Shown here piece after piece: positions 37,501 through 50,139 of a stretch of 64,000 bases of DNA. The DNA lies in contig OZ316898.1 of NCBI GenBank assembly GCA_973895155.1, positions 17,536,752-17,600,751 on the forward strand, in the 5' to 3' direction. Every line of letters starts with the position of its first letter. Within the stretch, counting starts at the first letter, position 1. The position numbers and the translations under genes were made by a program. The notes beneath the pieces are model-generated. The model ran no database searches and was not told where the DNA came from. It saw only the letters and a program-made list of their open reading frames with translations. This DNA is from Marsupella aquatica (Eukaryota > Plantae > Marchantiophyta).

Positions 37501-40500
37501 TTGCCAGTCCACTGAGGGCAAGGACCTGAGCCGTTCCATAGCAGCCGATTACAAACATGAGAAGCACGTACTCCAAGAACGCAACTCCTTTGTCTTTCGT
37601 CTCCAGGCCCACCAGGAAGTAAATCGTTGAAGAGTATAACAACGCCTGGCATCACGGATAACAACATCATACAAGAATCCCACAATATGAGACACTGTAG
37701 CAGTGCAGCCTGCAGCTGTTCAGAGGTCATTGCCAAACGGATGGAAACCGATGTTTAGGCCTCAAAGAAGATGGTTTAAGGGGGCTCCAGGCCCAGGTCA
37801 ATGTGACACAAGTTCACAAAAGGATGAGCTGACTAACAATGTAGGGGGATCTGATAGTCAACCTCAAGAAGTGCTTGCGGAATCCCAACGATACTCTGGC
37901 TGACGATGTAGGAAGACACTCGGAAGAACCGTTGCTGTCGCTGTTTGTAGAAAACAGCCCTCTGCGACATGAATAGCGGAAGCTGTACCAGACTCACTAG
38001 CATAAGGTTTCCTGTGGTGACGAACCCAACGCTTCTGGTCGCATTCAATTCTAGAAGGTCATACTTCCCTCCAACTTTGTAAAATAATGCTCCGCCAAAC
38101 AACCCCATGATAATCACCTGCAATATCACGATGAATGGCCGTAGGCTCAACCCATTATGTCCTGTCCATGATCATGAATGCAAAGTGTTTCATTGAGTAG
38201 ATACGGCTGACCTTCAGAGGACAGCGGTGTCTCAGTAGGCAGAAGGTAATATCAGTGGAATTAATGCCCACCATAGCCTCAGACTGAAACGAGGTCCTAG
38301 AGGACTTATGTCATGGACAAATTGCACAATGGCTTCTATCTTAGAACTTATGGTTCTCAGACTGAAACGAGTTCCTAGAGGACTTATGTCATGGACAATT
38401 TGCAAAATGACTTCTATCTTAGAACTTATAGTACTGTCATTTGCTTTCGTGTTATCAGTCGTTTATCACGAAAATATGTTCAGTTAACAGATTTTGCTTG
38501 TCCTCTGTGAAAATTGATGCAGAATACTTAAACATGAGCTTAACATTGTTCCTTTGGATGTGCTTTTGGGGTTATTGAGTCTTCCTTGCCATCTGTGACA
38601 CGGTAAACATATTTTGATGCACTCTCGTTCATAGTTGTCAGAACTGTTCAGGGTGTCAGGAGATGACAACTTTCTTTTGAGATCATGGGTGTGAATGTAA
38701 TTGAGAGTTCACAATTATTAAATCCTTACCTGAAGCATGCGTAGTTGCATCAACAACGCCACACGACGTAGTACTCTAATCTGGCGCTTGATCAATGTGG
38801 TTGTAGATTCCCTCCACGATTGGATGAACTTTCTGGAGAATTGCTCTGCCTGGGCTTCCTCTTGCTCCATGGTCTGCAAAGCAAAAAATGGATTTATGCA
38901 CTGTTAGACTCACCAGCATGAATTTTTTCTGATTGTATAGATTTCTTAGTGACTGAGAGAGGAGTCGACACTGCATTATGTTCATGTATATACTTCGACT
39001 CACGAGATTGTTCCCATGGGCCAGGAAGTACAAGATCTTACCTCAGGATCTCGAATCCGCTCAACTTGAAGGCGAACATGGCCTCGCGCACTGGCTAGCA
39101 ATTTGGCGATACTGGAGGCTCGGTGGCGTTGGTCAGCTTTGGACTTGCTTACGTTGAGATAAAACATGTCATCATTTGGCAGTGCGATTCCTGTCACGAG
39201 ATCGCCTATTTCCACCGTTCCAGAGCTCTCAATGCCGCGCAATCTGCCTGCGTGGGACGATCTGCCTCGGGTGGTCGAAAGTTTGCTCACTACCACCTCA
39301 ACATCTGTAACAGGATGATCAATATTTGTTAGATTCGATCTCGAACTTTCCAAATTTGATCGATGCTTCGGAACCATTGAGACTCCAGCAGAGAGAAGAG
39401 CCATGTACAGGGAAGTATCTTGAAGCTTTGGAAACGGGCAGGAGTGCTAGACATCGCCTGGTGACCATTTTAGGAATTGCTGGGTGGTAGCTTGGTAAGT
39501 TCTCCCTATCTGATCCCTACGATGCAGTGCTGATTGACAATCTTAGTTTAAATTAAGATTCTAATTAAGAATTGGGCCAGCTAGGAGCTAAAACTAAGAA
39601 ATGACAGGAGCCTGGAATTCCTAGCTGGTACAATTTTGATACGGAGAGGACTTTGGTCCCACAATTTTTCATCGAAGCTACAATACACTGATTAAATAAC
39701 TGTCCCAGATTTCTGGAAGCAGCCATTCAAGACCGTGTTTACTTCAGTTAATGTGAGCGATGCAGGTCACGCTGAAATGATGTTCACGATGTTGTCATCT
39801 TGAACATCTGTTCTTAATACCTGTAGCTGACATATTCGTGGATTGGAACTGAATTGCGTACATAAGACGTGTTCAATTTAAATCTTAGCTAGACCAGGCT
39901 TCAAGATCGAGCTTTCCATTCAGGAAGACTCTGACTACGGTCGACGGCATTACTTTCCGAGACTCTTGTGCATTATTGCGCGTACCTCCATATCCATCGT
40001 AATCTTGGGCACTTGTGCCGCGCGACATCTGCCGAATGCTTATGTCCGGTGGTCTGTTTGCAAGCACCCTCTTCATACCCTTCTTATGCTGCTTCTTCCT
40101 CACAGTGAGCCCCAGACTCGGTTCGCTCTCCACCCACAGAGCATGAATGACGTCCTCGCTGTGCACGATTCGCATCACCTCCTTGTGCACTTCCGAAAGT
40201 TTGTACGCCATCGCCAGATCGGCCAAGCTGGGACTCCCGTGCCCTGCGCTCAGGTATTGTAATCCCTCGCCTGCGGCTATTTCCATGAGGAAGTCTGCGG
40301 CATCCATATGTTTCGGCTTCTCGAATCTGTGCAGCCATACACACCGGGAACAAACGTCGATCACTCAATTGAAGAATTTTTGTCAATTCATATTTCCATC
40401 CTACGCCACAATCATTGCAACGCAAGCATAGCGCTCCACCTATGTACGCAAGCTGAACGCTACTTCAAGGTCGCATCTGGAGAATCATTGCCAACTGTTT

Positions 40501-43500
40501 CTGTAATTAGCTATCCCAGTGCATCAGCTTCTCGAGACCTTTTTCCTGGAAGAACGCTTCCACACAGTCTATTGCCATACGTTGTCATAATTAAAAGGTC
40601 CATAACTAGTTACGAGACCCATTGAGCAGCATTTGAACATATCTAGCAGGTCTCCAAAGAACTTCTACCTTGTACCTCTGTACGCGTGGTTGCATGGTTG
40701 GTTAAAGCTCCATGATCAGCGTAAGGGCCCAATCCCCTGCTCTAAAGTTAAGCTTTCGTATTTCAACGCTGTGCCGCTGTGTGTTCTGTAGGCTACTCTT
40801 TAGTTCGTTTCACAGGTTTGCTCTCTAATAAGGTGCATCCGTCTAGAGAGAAGCTCGAACAGGTTTAGGTTCTCTTGTGTTCTTCAATAGTTTGTTCGTC
40901 CTTCCTGAAGATTAATTATGCAGATTGAATCCATCAGGCGGTGTGCAATTTCTCTTTGGAACTTCTAGCTGAGTGTGATGATCTTCAGGAACAATAAATG
41001 ACCATATGAATGCAACTGATTTCGTGGACTGACTTACCCATGGCTGGCGAAGTAGCTCAAGGCGTCCTGGCGGGGGCCCTGATAGAGGATCTGGCCTTCT
41101 CCAAGCAGGATGACGCGGTCGAAGAGATCGAAGACCTCAGGGGAGAGCTGAACGAGAGACATGACGGCAGAGCATTGCTGAAAGCGGCCAATGGCTCGGA
41201 GAGTGGAGACAAGATCGTAGGTGGCCAGAGACTCCTGCCCAAAGCACGGCTGGTCATACAGCATCACGGAGTACGTTCCCATGGCGATCTCTGCCGTGGT
41301 CAGCCGGTTGCGCTCGTTCTCAGTGATCCCATCCTGCCCGGATCCGACCAGCTGATGCTCGATGCCTTTCAATCCCAGCACGTGCAATATGTACTCCAAG
41401 TAAGGGTCCTGACCTTCCACCAGTGCCATTGAGAAGAATCTTCTCATCTGCGGGGTGAAATTGCCCGGCTTCAGCCCTTGCGAGCAATCTCCCGCAAACT
41501 CCAGAGTCTCCCTCACCGTCAAGAATGGCAAGTGCCTGTACGTAGAAACGCATCGATCTTTCAAATCAGACACATTGCTTGGCTTCACTTGTCTAACTGA
41601 TTCTTCACTGTCTAGTCAAGTCCTTCGACTTTCATTGCTGAATGCTACTAACATAGGATTCAAAATTGTACACGTCTGAATAATTGAGACCAGGAATTCG
41701 TTTATATCAGATAGAGATAGATTATGTAGGATGGACAATTCATTCTTATTTTTGCAGAGCCTGCGATCCATACATCTCCGGTTGTGACTGCGTCACAATT
41801 CGTGTACTTGGAAGAGACAAATGCTTATTCAGTTCGATTGCCCATTCGATCAAGTTCGGCAATTGCCAGAGTTTTTTTCTTACATTTCCTTCCGCTGGAG
41901 TTCGAGTTTTGGTAATGGACAAAGGATGCATTGATCAGCAGATTGTCATAGAATCAATGGCATATAGGTGCAAATTTGTAGAGGAAGGATCGATCACACA
42001 CTGGTTGAGCTGTCCATTGACGTAGGCGATGAGCCTGGTAAGTAGTATTTCAGAGGCGACACGGTTGTTGAACAAGACCGTCCCTTCGAGACGTGTGACT
42101 TTGCTCGTCTCTGCTCTTCCTGCCAACACCTGCACATATGTGTAATCAATTCCATGCATCGTGAGTATTGTTTGAACCATCTTTGCAACTCACTGGACCT
42201 CCAGCTCGCCGAATTTCACAATCTCTGCAGAGTATCTGTAGAGATTTGGCTCTCTTAGTTAATCTCCTACGGGTCTCCATAATTATCTTCTGGCTGGCGG
42301 GATGGTTGGCTGGGCACCTAGATTCTGACCAACATAGAACACTCGGATCTATGACCTCCAGATGTGCAGATTGACGTCTCTACTGCAGGTCTGGAGGTTG
42401 TTTCAGCTGATGTGTAATCCAATGCAATTGGGCTTGATCAACAGACGGACGGAGGTCTGTAGAGGATTTCTGATCGACATGCGCACCGTTTCAAAGCGGT
42501 CTGTCGCAAAGATCAAGGACAATATATTCTGCATGGAAAAATAAAATTGGAAACAAAGAAATCTGCAGCTGCATGTACCTTGAGAAGAGAGCTCTTTCCA
42601 CTTCCTGCAATTTCAATTGCACCAGCCATGTTAATTTGACTTGAGAGATTGAAACCTAGATTTGGCCTAGCGCCAGGGCATAGAGCCACTTTGAATGCAT
42701 GCCAATGCCATTTGTAAATAATCAAAACTACATGTTTTGATTATTGTCAATTCTCACTAGAGGTTTGAGATTCGGCAACTCTCAACCGAGACAGATTTGG
42801 ACGCCCACTTATCCCTGGTATGCACTGTGTTACAACTACAAGTGATATCATTTATGCACTTCTCCATGGATATACATGTTTGCATTAGCTAATATTAAGC
42901 ACTTTTCTGTGGTTAAGTGAAGGCTCGCCATGTAGTCTCCTAATATTGCAGCTTTCGTTTCGTTGTAAATCCATGATTTTGTTTGTACATTGTGCTGTGA
43001 AGTCTCGCCATGTGGAATTTTCTTTGTAAAATTAATGCATCCATTTGAGATGGCATACATCCATTTGAAATTATTGGACTGTGGCTCGACGTGAATTTTA
43101 CAGACTTGGTCCGTACAATTGATCGTTGGAATGCAGGCACTCATTGCTCTCAGACAAACCTGGAGGGCCAAGAAGTAGCGTCATCGACCCAGGCATGATG
43201 TATCCCGAGACGTCCTTCAGGATATCCAGATGTCTAGGTGCCTGCTTCCTCCGGAAAGGGGTGGCGAGCACACCGAAGAAGCAGTTGAAGAGCTTGGCTC
43301 CAAATGTCGCAAATCCCGGTGGCTGAGGCTGCAGCTTAGTGGAGTAATTTATGTCGTAGAAGCGAACCACCTTCAAGCCGACGTTCCATGATGATGTACA
43401 CAAGAAAGATTAACAAAATTCGTCAATATTGGTCACCTTTCACACAAGTTTACTAACTACATGTACATGTACTTAACGAGAGCATCTCGATCTAAACGTA

Positions 43501-45053
43501 AGAATTGCTGATTCAAACAGATGCGTACTGCAGATACGCCATTGAACCTGTGAAGAATACAAATTGAGTTGATCGATCAATTCCAGGACCGTGATGCGGG
43601 GTCCTTCGAACACCACTTCTCTTATTGTGTCTTCGTGTGATTCACTTGTCTTTCATATTCAAGCCTTTCCTTGCCATTCACGATTGACGTCCTGCCCAGT
43701 CTTACAGCTTAAATATATGCTTAAGATTTAAAAACAAAACTCGAGTGCCCAGATTACGTTGTGGGTTCGATTGATGGACTGTCATTGAAGGGATATGATG
43801 AATGAAGAACTCGAGGCGTGAAAGTGGCAGTTCAAGTTGAGCAACTCGCAAACATTTCAATGTACTGTGGCAGCCTGTGGTTATGCTAAACCGGAAGGAG
43901 TGAATATGAAATAGGCTGCGAATCGTAGTCTTCGATCAGACGCCCGGATCAAGTACGTGTAGTAGACCTTCCAACTTTTAGCTAGCCGGCAACTTCTAGC
44001 CTCGGCAGTGTCTTCAAATAATTATAAGTTGAAACGTATCATTCTCTTGCAAAGTAACATTTCAGCTTCAGATCGGTCTGTTATTCATCGCGAGTGACAG
44101 AAATTAAGGTGAGCCTATACAATTCCATCAGAGTTGTTGACCTCGTTCTTGGCTGATGGATTACAAAACTCGAGATATATATAGCTGGATCAAGCGATGG
44201 ATCAAGAGACCGATGGATTGCGCTTTATAGATATATAAGAGATTGTTCAGGGTAAGGTAAATCCAACCTGCTGCGGAATTGGAGGAGTCAGCTTGGCCAC
44301 ATTGCGAAGGTAGTCGACGATCCCATCCTTAAGAATGTAGTCCATTCCCACGAGCTCGTCTACTTCGTTGCCATCTTCATCAAGAAAGCCTCGAACGCCG
44401 GTGGGTGCCTCCTTGAGACTGTCATCCCCATCCTCAGCATGTCCAGGTAGTTCAAACGCCCGTTGAGCCTCAGCAGCCAGGCCATGCTCCTTGAGCACCC
44501 TGTACATTCTAAGCGCCACTTCCTGGACATCCTCCGTTTTCGCCCGTGAAAGCTTCCGTTCGACGTACGGTGTGCCAGGAACATGTTGACCGTTGGCTAG
44601 AGTGAGCGGCGTCTCGGATCCTTCGACGGGAACAACAAATACGTTGCCAGTATAATCCGGAGTACTCGAAGGAGATGGGATGAGTCGATCGTATCTCGAA
44701 TGCCCTGAACCGAATGTGGACGCTCTACCTCGACCCTGCTGTTTATAGTTTGGCTCAAACTTTGTGGACTCCTCGGAAACTCTTGTAGCGTTCGAGGCTC
44801 GAGGACTAGAAGCTCCCGTAGACGCTATGGAGCCTCTTCTGAACTCCTCGGAAAATTGTGTAGCATTCGAGTCTCGAGGAGCAGTGGTGTCGTGGTAGTA
44901 GCTGGCATCGCTCGGGGCCTCGCTCGCGAAGCTAAATTCTGGGCCATTGTGCTGCTGCCCGGCAACGGTGTCGACCTCGCCTCGCCCCCGCCATGTTGGT
45001 AGAGACCCCATGCCCAACTCAGATGTCGAGAGGCTATTCTGCCTCGTGAACAT
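34584..45053 (-). CDS. Divergent full-size ABCG (PDR-type, NBD-TMD-NBD-TMD) transporter with PDZ-like insertion; exons 45053-44268, 43370-43160, 42604-42579, 42129-42002, 41535-41038, 40326-39986, 39304-39042, 38873-38730, 38117-37863, 37645-37471, 37090-34584; ~1777 aa
   Basis: PDR hallmarks include [72 protein letters not shown]...F, YWRWVAQINPL.W, TVRESLMFSAALRLP, VEIAANPSILFLDEPTSGLDG and R..YFRERRASMY. The eleven GT-AG exons sum to 5334 nt in frame. The exon 6/7 junction is the least certain. Confidence 0.88.
38278..38430. repeat. Intronic tandem duplication, ~78 bp x2
   Basis: CTCAGACTGAAACGAG.TCCTAGAGGACTTATGTCATGGACAA...CTTCTATCTTAGAACTTAT occurs twice. Confidence 0.9.
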
Positions 45054-45980
45054 GATGGCTAATTGAATCCTAGCTAATTCACACTAGACAGGCTACTGTG
45101 GCCAGCTAATGGACATAGCTAAACCTTTCACTACTACCAGCTCCAAGGTCCACCTCAATCCCAATGAAAGCGCCATATCAGGTTCCTCCCGGTCGATCCC
45201 TGGTGCGTGGCAGAAAAGCTAGATCGTTAAAATAGTCGCTGCTTCTGCCGGCTTCTGGCAGGCCTGATCAATTGTTGAAAGCAATCTCAATCCAATCCAA
45301 TTGACTCAATCATGTTATATTATTTCTGCTGTCGAATCATTCTGTAGATAGCTCAACAACATTCAGATCCCACCAGGTCACTGAGGTCCCAGCTTATTGA
45401 GGAAATTATGTGCAGGCCGGAGGGGAGCTTGCCTGTCCTCGATGCTGCTTTACAATAACATCCAATTCAACGTCGGTACTGTTGTGGAGACACTCCTCGC
45501 TCAATTGCAACTCACTCGTGCACAACGATCGACTACATCATCATCGATCGTTGTCTAAACGTAAAATCGTTTGCAGCAAAGTCTAGCTTACTTCCCTCCA
45601 AAGGGTTCACGAATGCTCATCATTCAAATTCCAAGTCAATTCTATTAACCTTTCAAAACGATTTTCCGAATTAGAGATCCACTCGACTGTCTAACATCTG
45701 AAATATCCCCCAGAGAACCGGAAGTGTTTTATAGTGAAAACTTGAAATCCCCGCAATCTGACTGCACTCTCAGGAAACTATATAGAGACTGACTGCAAAC
45801 CATTACCAGTCATGATCTGTCCAGTAGCTGCTTTGTTAGATTTCCAAGACTACTATCTCGCTCGATGTTATGCTGCCAACTAAGTCAAAACTATGAACGA
45901 ATCTTGACCTTCCTGAATTCTTGGCGTTTTCTCCCCTTTATTGGGTCTTGAGTATCCTAGCTTAATATGATCTTATCGTC

Positions 45981-46500
45981 TAATGCCCGTGAGTTGCACG
46001 AAAGATTTTGAGGTGAGGGCTAGATGTCGGAGAAAGTGAAAGACAAGGCAAAAGTGAAAGACAAGGCAATGACACGATGTCAAGAAGAGGCAAAGATGTC
46101 AAGGTGAAAAAAAGATGTCGAGAGGCAAAGATAGGGACATGAGGGCAAGATGTTAAGGTGAGGGAAAGATGTTGAGGTGAGGGCAAGATCTGGAGGTGAG
46201 GGCAAGATGTCAAGGAGAGGCAAATATGTCGAGCAAAGGGAAGGATGTCAAACAAAGGGAAAGATGTTGAGGTGAGGGCAAGATGTCAAGGCAAGGCAAA
46301 GATGGTGAAGTGAAGGCAGGATATTGAGGTGAGCCAAAGATGTCGGAGTGAGGCAAAGATGTTGAGGAAAGTGCAGATGTTAAGACGATACAAAGATGTC
46401 AAAGCAAGGCCAAAATGCAGAAGGCAAGTTTAGATGTAGTGGTGAGGCAAAGATGTGGGGCTGAGGCAACATATTATTGTCAAGTTGAGGCTCAATACTT
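45981..46500 (-). mobile_element. Helitron 3' fragment of the same family as 13982-16548
   Basis: The reverse complement shows the same CTCACCTCAACATCTT-type minisatellite ending in TTTCGTGCAACTCACGGGCATT (hairpin 45988-46000). The terminal CTAG is not retained at the expected place. Confidence 0.65.
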
Positions 46501-46576
46501 CCAACAACCATTAGGTGAGGCTCAATCATACCTGTGTGTTGCACAGAAGTTGTCGTTGCCTTTGGGTCAATGTCGT

Positions 46577-46950
46577 TGAGAGGAAGTGTTGTTGAGAGAA
46601 GTGCTTTGAAGAGAAAGTGTTGTGGTTGCGAAATGATTGTATTTGAATAGTAGATTTAAAAGTACCGTCAAACAAAAAATTTGTTGAAAAATATAGTTCA
46701 GTGGAAATCTTTTTCAAGCAAAGTGGAGATGCACAAAAGTGTTTTCATTTGAAAATAGGTCAATGCCACTGAGAGGAAGTGTGTGTTGTTGAGAGAAATT
46801 GATTTCAACAGAAAGTGTCTTAGTTGCGAGATGATTGTATTTGAATAGTAGATTTAAAAGTACCATCAAACAAAACATTTGCTTAGAAATATAGTTGAGT
46901 GTAATTTTTTTTCAAGCAAAAGTGATATGCAGGGAAGTGTTTTTTGAAAA
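46577..46950. repeat. Tandem duplication, ~190 bp x2
   Basis: ATGATTGTATTTGAATAGTAGATTTAAAAGTACC.TCAAACAAAA occurs at ~46633 and ~46831, with flanking similarity. Confidence 0.8.
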
Positions 46951-49900
46951 AATGTTGTTGTAGTCTTGAAAATTTTGCTTTTGGTTCCACATATATTGTT
47001 GATGAAAAAGATGGTAAAAAACAGCAAAATATATATAGACCGTGATGAGGGCAGAAGTTTGATTCTAGCTTTCAATTTTTCTTTTCAAAAAGGCCGGGTT
47101 GGAACCCAGAACACAACCGGGGGATGAAAGCCGCCAGTGGTGGGAGGGGAGTGGGGGAGAGCCCAGAGGTCCAACCCAACCAGGCACAAAAGGGAAGAAG
47201 TTTGACTAATGGGGAAGCAAAAATAAGCCATAGAGGATGGACATATAAAATGAATGACCTATATATAAATGTCTAAAAAATGGGAGAACCAATTGAATGG
47301 TGGGCCAACCCAATGCAAAGTGAGAGGGTGGCCCATGATTTGCCATGTGTACTTTCTTAAAAAAAATGGGAGTTGTTAGGAATGCTAGAAAGAAAGAGTA
47401 TGTAGAAAAGAACATTGGTTGCCTTGTGTTGTTGGAGAGTTTCATCATATGTCTTTCCTTTAAAAGAATAAAATCAATCCTTAGAAAATATAGGGTGAAA
47501 ACAAAGAATAAACAAAGGAATAAAGAAATGAGGAGTATACTTGTTGCACAACTCTTAAGGCAAACACTGATCAAGGTCATGGGAAAGCAAACTCACTATG
47601 CTCAGAGGGTACAGTCCTCTCAAGGACCCAGGATAGGTATCCTCACCTTTATGTGTGAGAATCTGTACTCCTTAACAAAGGAGGAGGGTGCATGGAAGGG
47701 GTCTATTTTTTGATCGTAGAGTTGGGAATAAACATCAGTAGATTGAATGGCCTCTGATAATTCCCGCCCAAACTCACTTTTATAAATGGAAGATGCTACA
47801 AAAAAAGTGGGATTGAGTATTATGGTAGTTTGATCCGGCCTTTTTGTTCTTTGCTTTTTGTTGAGAGTATGATATATATGTAACTTGCGACTATATATAT
47901 CAAAATGCCAATTTGAAAAAGCACAAAGGCCAAACCTGGAGACAAGGTCCCAAAGTCAAAGCAACCCCAATAAAAGGAAAGAAACAGAATAGAGGAGGGC
48001 CCCAAGAAGAGCCAAGAGGCCAAACAAGGCAAGAAATACCCCTCACAACCAAAGATCCACCACAAAAACCAAGAGCCCAGTCCGAAGCAAAACTGGATGC
48101 ATGGTCTTCAGATATTCAAGGCCGGCTAGCTCCTCTTCCTAGAAGTGAGCCCCCAGTGAGCCCAGCTCATCTGGTACATTTCTCTGCTAGCTACTCAACA
48201 ACATTAAAGAATTAAGTGGCTCTCACCGTGAGCTCCAACTTTTAATGAACGAGTTCAGTCATCTCATTCCCTGATGAACCGTTAATGAAGTGGACCGATC
48301 AACAAAGACTTTGTTCTCTATCGCAGAATCTGTTGACTAACTTTCCCGATGTGCTTGGACTAGAGGTGAAAGAATGCTTCGCCCGTGCTCGATAGCATTA
48401 ATGGAAGCCGTCACACTTCACTATATAATGTTCGGCCTATCAATTTCATTGTCACTGTCTATCTTATTGCCATGTGTCGGGGGTGGCGCTGTGTGAGAGG
48501 TTATTCAGACGCGTTGCACAGTCAGGAGTGCTCTTCAAGCTGAGCCCAAGTGAACGTCGTCACTGCAGGCCGTGTAGTAAACATTACGTTTTTCAACGAT
48601 TGATTGAGATCTACAGTAGATACTGGCCGGGGCCAGGAACAAACAAAACCATTACTTATTAATTGAGGAAGAATCTTAGGAGCCTGAAATACAAGCACAA
48701 AACGACGTCAATGATGTCTCTACATCCGAGGACTGGGAATCAATGCAAACTTCGAAGCCGACCGACCGCACCCGGAATAGTAGCTGGGACCCCCTTTGAC
48801 AATGTCATGCATCCTCATCTCACTTCAATCAGTGCACCCCTTCGTCAAGAGATCTAGCCGTTCCGCTTCTGATGCAGCGGCGAGACTTGTAGGAGAACAA
48901 CCTGTAATGCCTCTTTCCAAAGATATCGTTAAAGACGGTTTAGGGAAGAGGATGAACACATACGTTAAGTACCGGTTTATTGATGGTGCTTCCGCATTTG
49001 TAGATCAAGGCACGGAGATCTGTGCACGGAGTTGGAGATCCAGGACATACATTCATGAGTTGCTACGTAGGTGCAGGGCATTCCTGCGTGCGTCAGGGTT
49101 GTGGATCTCATGCGTCAGAGCGTAAGCTGCAATTGGAAGTTTTGGAGCAGCGAAAGTGAGATCCAAATCTCTGACTGACTTAGAAGAAGGTCAGATCCAG
49201 TGACTGACAAATTACTTCACCGATGAATCTTACTAATGCATGACGATGATTTTGTGTAGCTGCATCGGAGTGCCTGTGTCCAAAGCTGATAAAGAAAATC
49301 GTATGTATATTAACTTGGCTGAACCCATACGTTTGTTTGTTTGTCGTCTGAAGCCAGTCTTGTCTGGTTCATGCATCTTTTTCTAGATAGGTGATGACTC
49401 TGCCTTTTGCCACAAATGAGAACTGCCTCCAATTAATTCAGATCCCTTAAACACAGAAGCAAAACAACTGGTTTAAGAACCAATCAAGATTAATTTCCCG
49501 TGTATGTACGTTTGGAATCTATTTACGGACTGACTGGTTTGTGGCAGCCTATTTGTGGCAGGCTATCGGTGTTCTATCTGTTACAGGAAAAGGTGAAATA
49601 GTTTTCGCAAACCAATGCCAAGTGTAAGAAATGGCAATTTTAAAGAGCCGTACTACTTGGCGAATTAAGATAGATACCCTTCGTAACTTGGGGTGAAGAA
49701 TTCAATGCCAACTAAGACAGAAGAGCTGGGTCTACATCTATTGGAGCAGCGCACTATATCAGAAATGAAGGATATTACATGCATTGACAGTTGGGAGGCT
49801 AGACAAAACGGTATAAATTACTATGGGGACCAGAGCTGTTTGACAGACAATAGACAGTCCTCACATTCCTGAAATTTCTTTACAATTTGTAAAATCCAGA

Positions 49901-50139
49901 ATTCTTAATCTACAATGCGGTCCTCTCCTCGTGAAAGTTGATTCAAAAGACGATGCGCGAGTACTGATTGAAAGCATTAAATACCTTTACAATGCAGAAT
50001 GCGACACATAGGCTCTTGTAATCCTGGTTCTCAGGAGAGATATATGACCATATAGTGTCAAATCATAGCCAAAAGCTCAATGACAATATGACTGTACAAA
50101 AGTGGGTTTGAGCAGAGTTCTCACTAAGTATGGCCACAA

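Noticed and set aside
48474-49125. Short + strand ORFs between the ABCG and the NMO gene
   Set aside because: I could not find a recognisable domain or build a coherent splice model.
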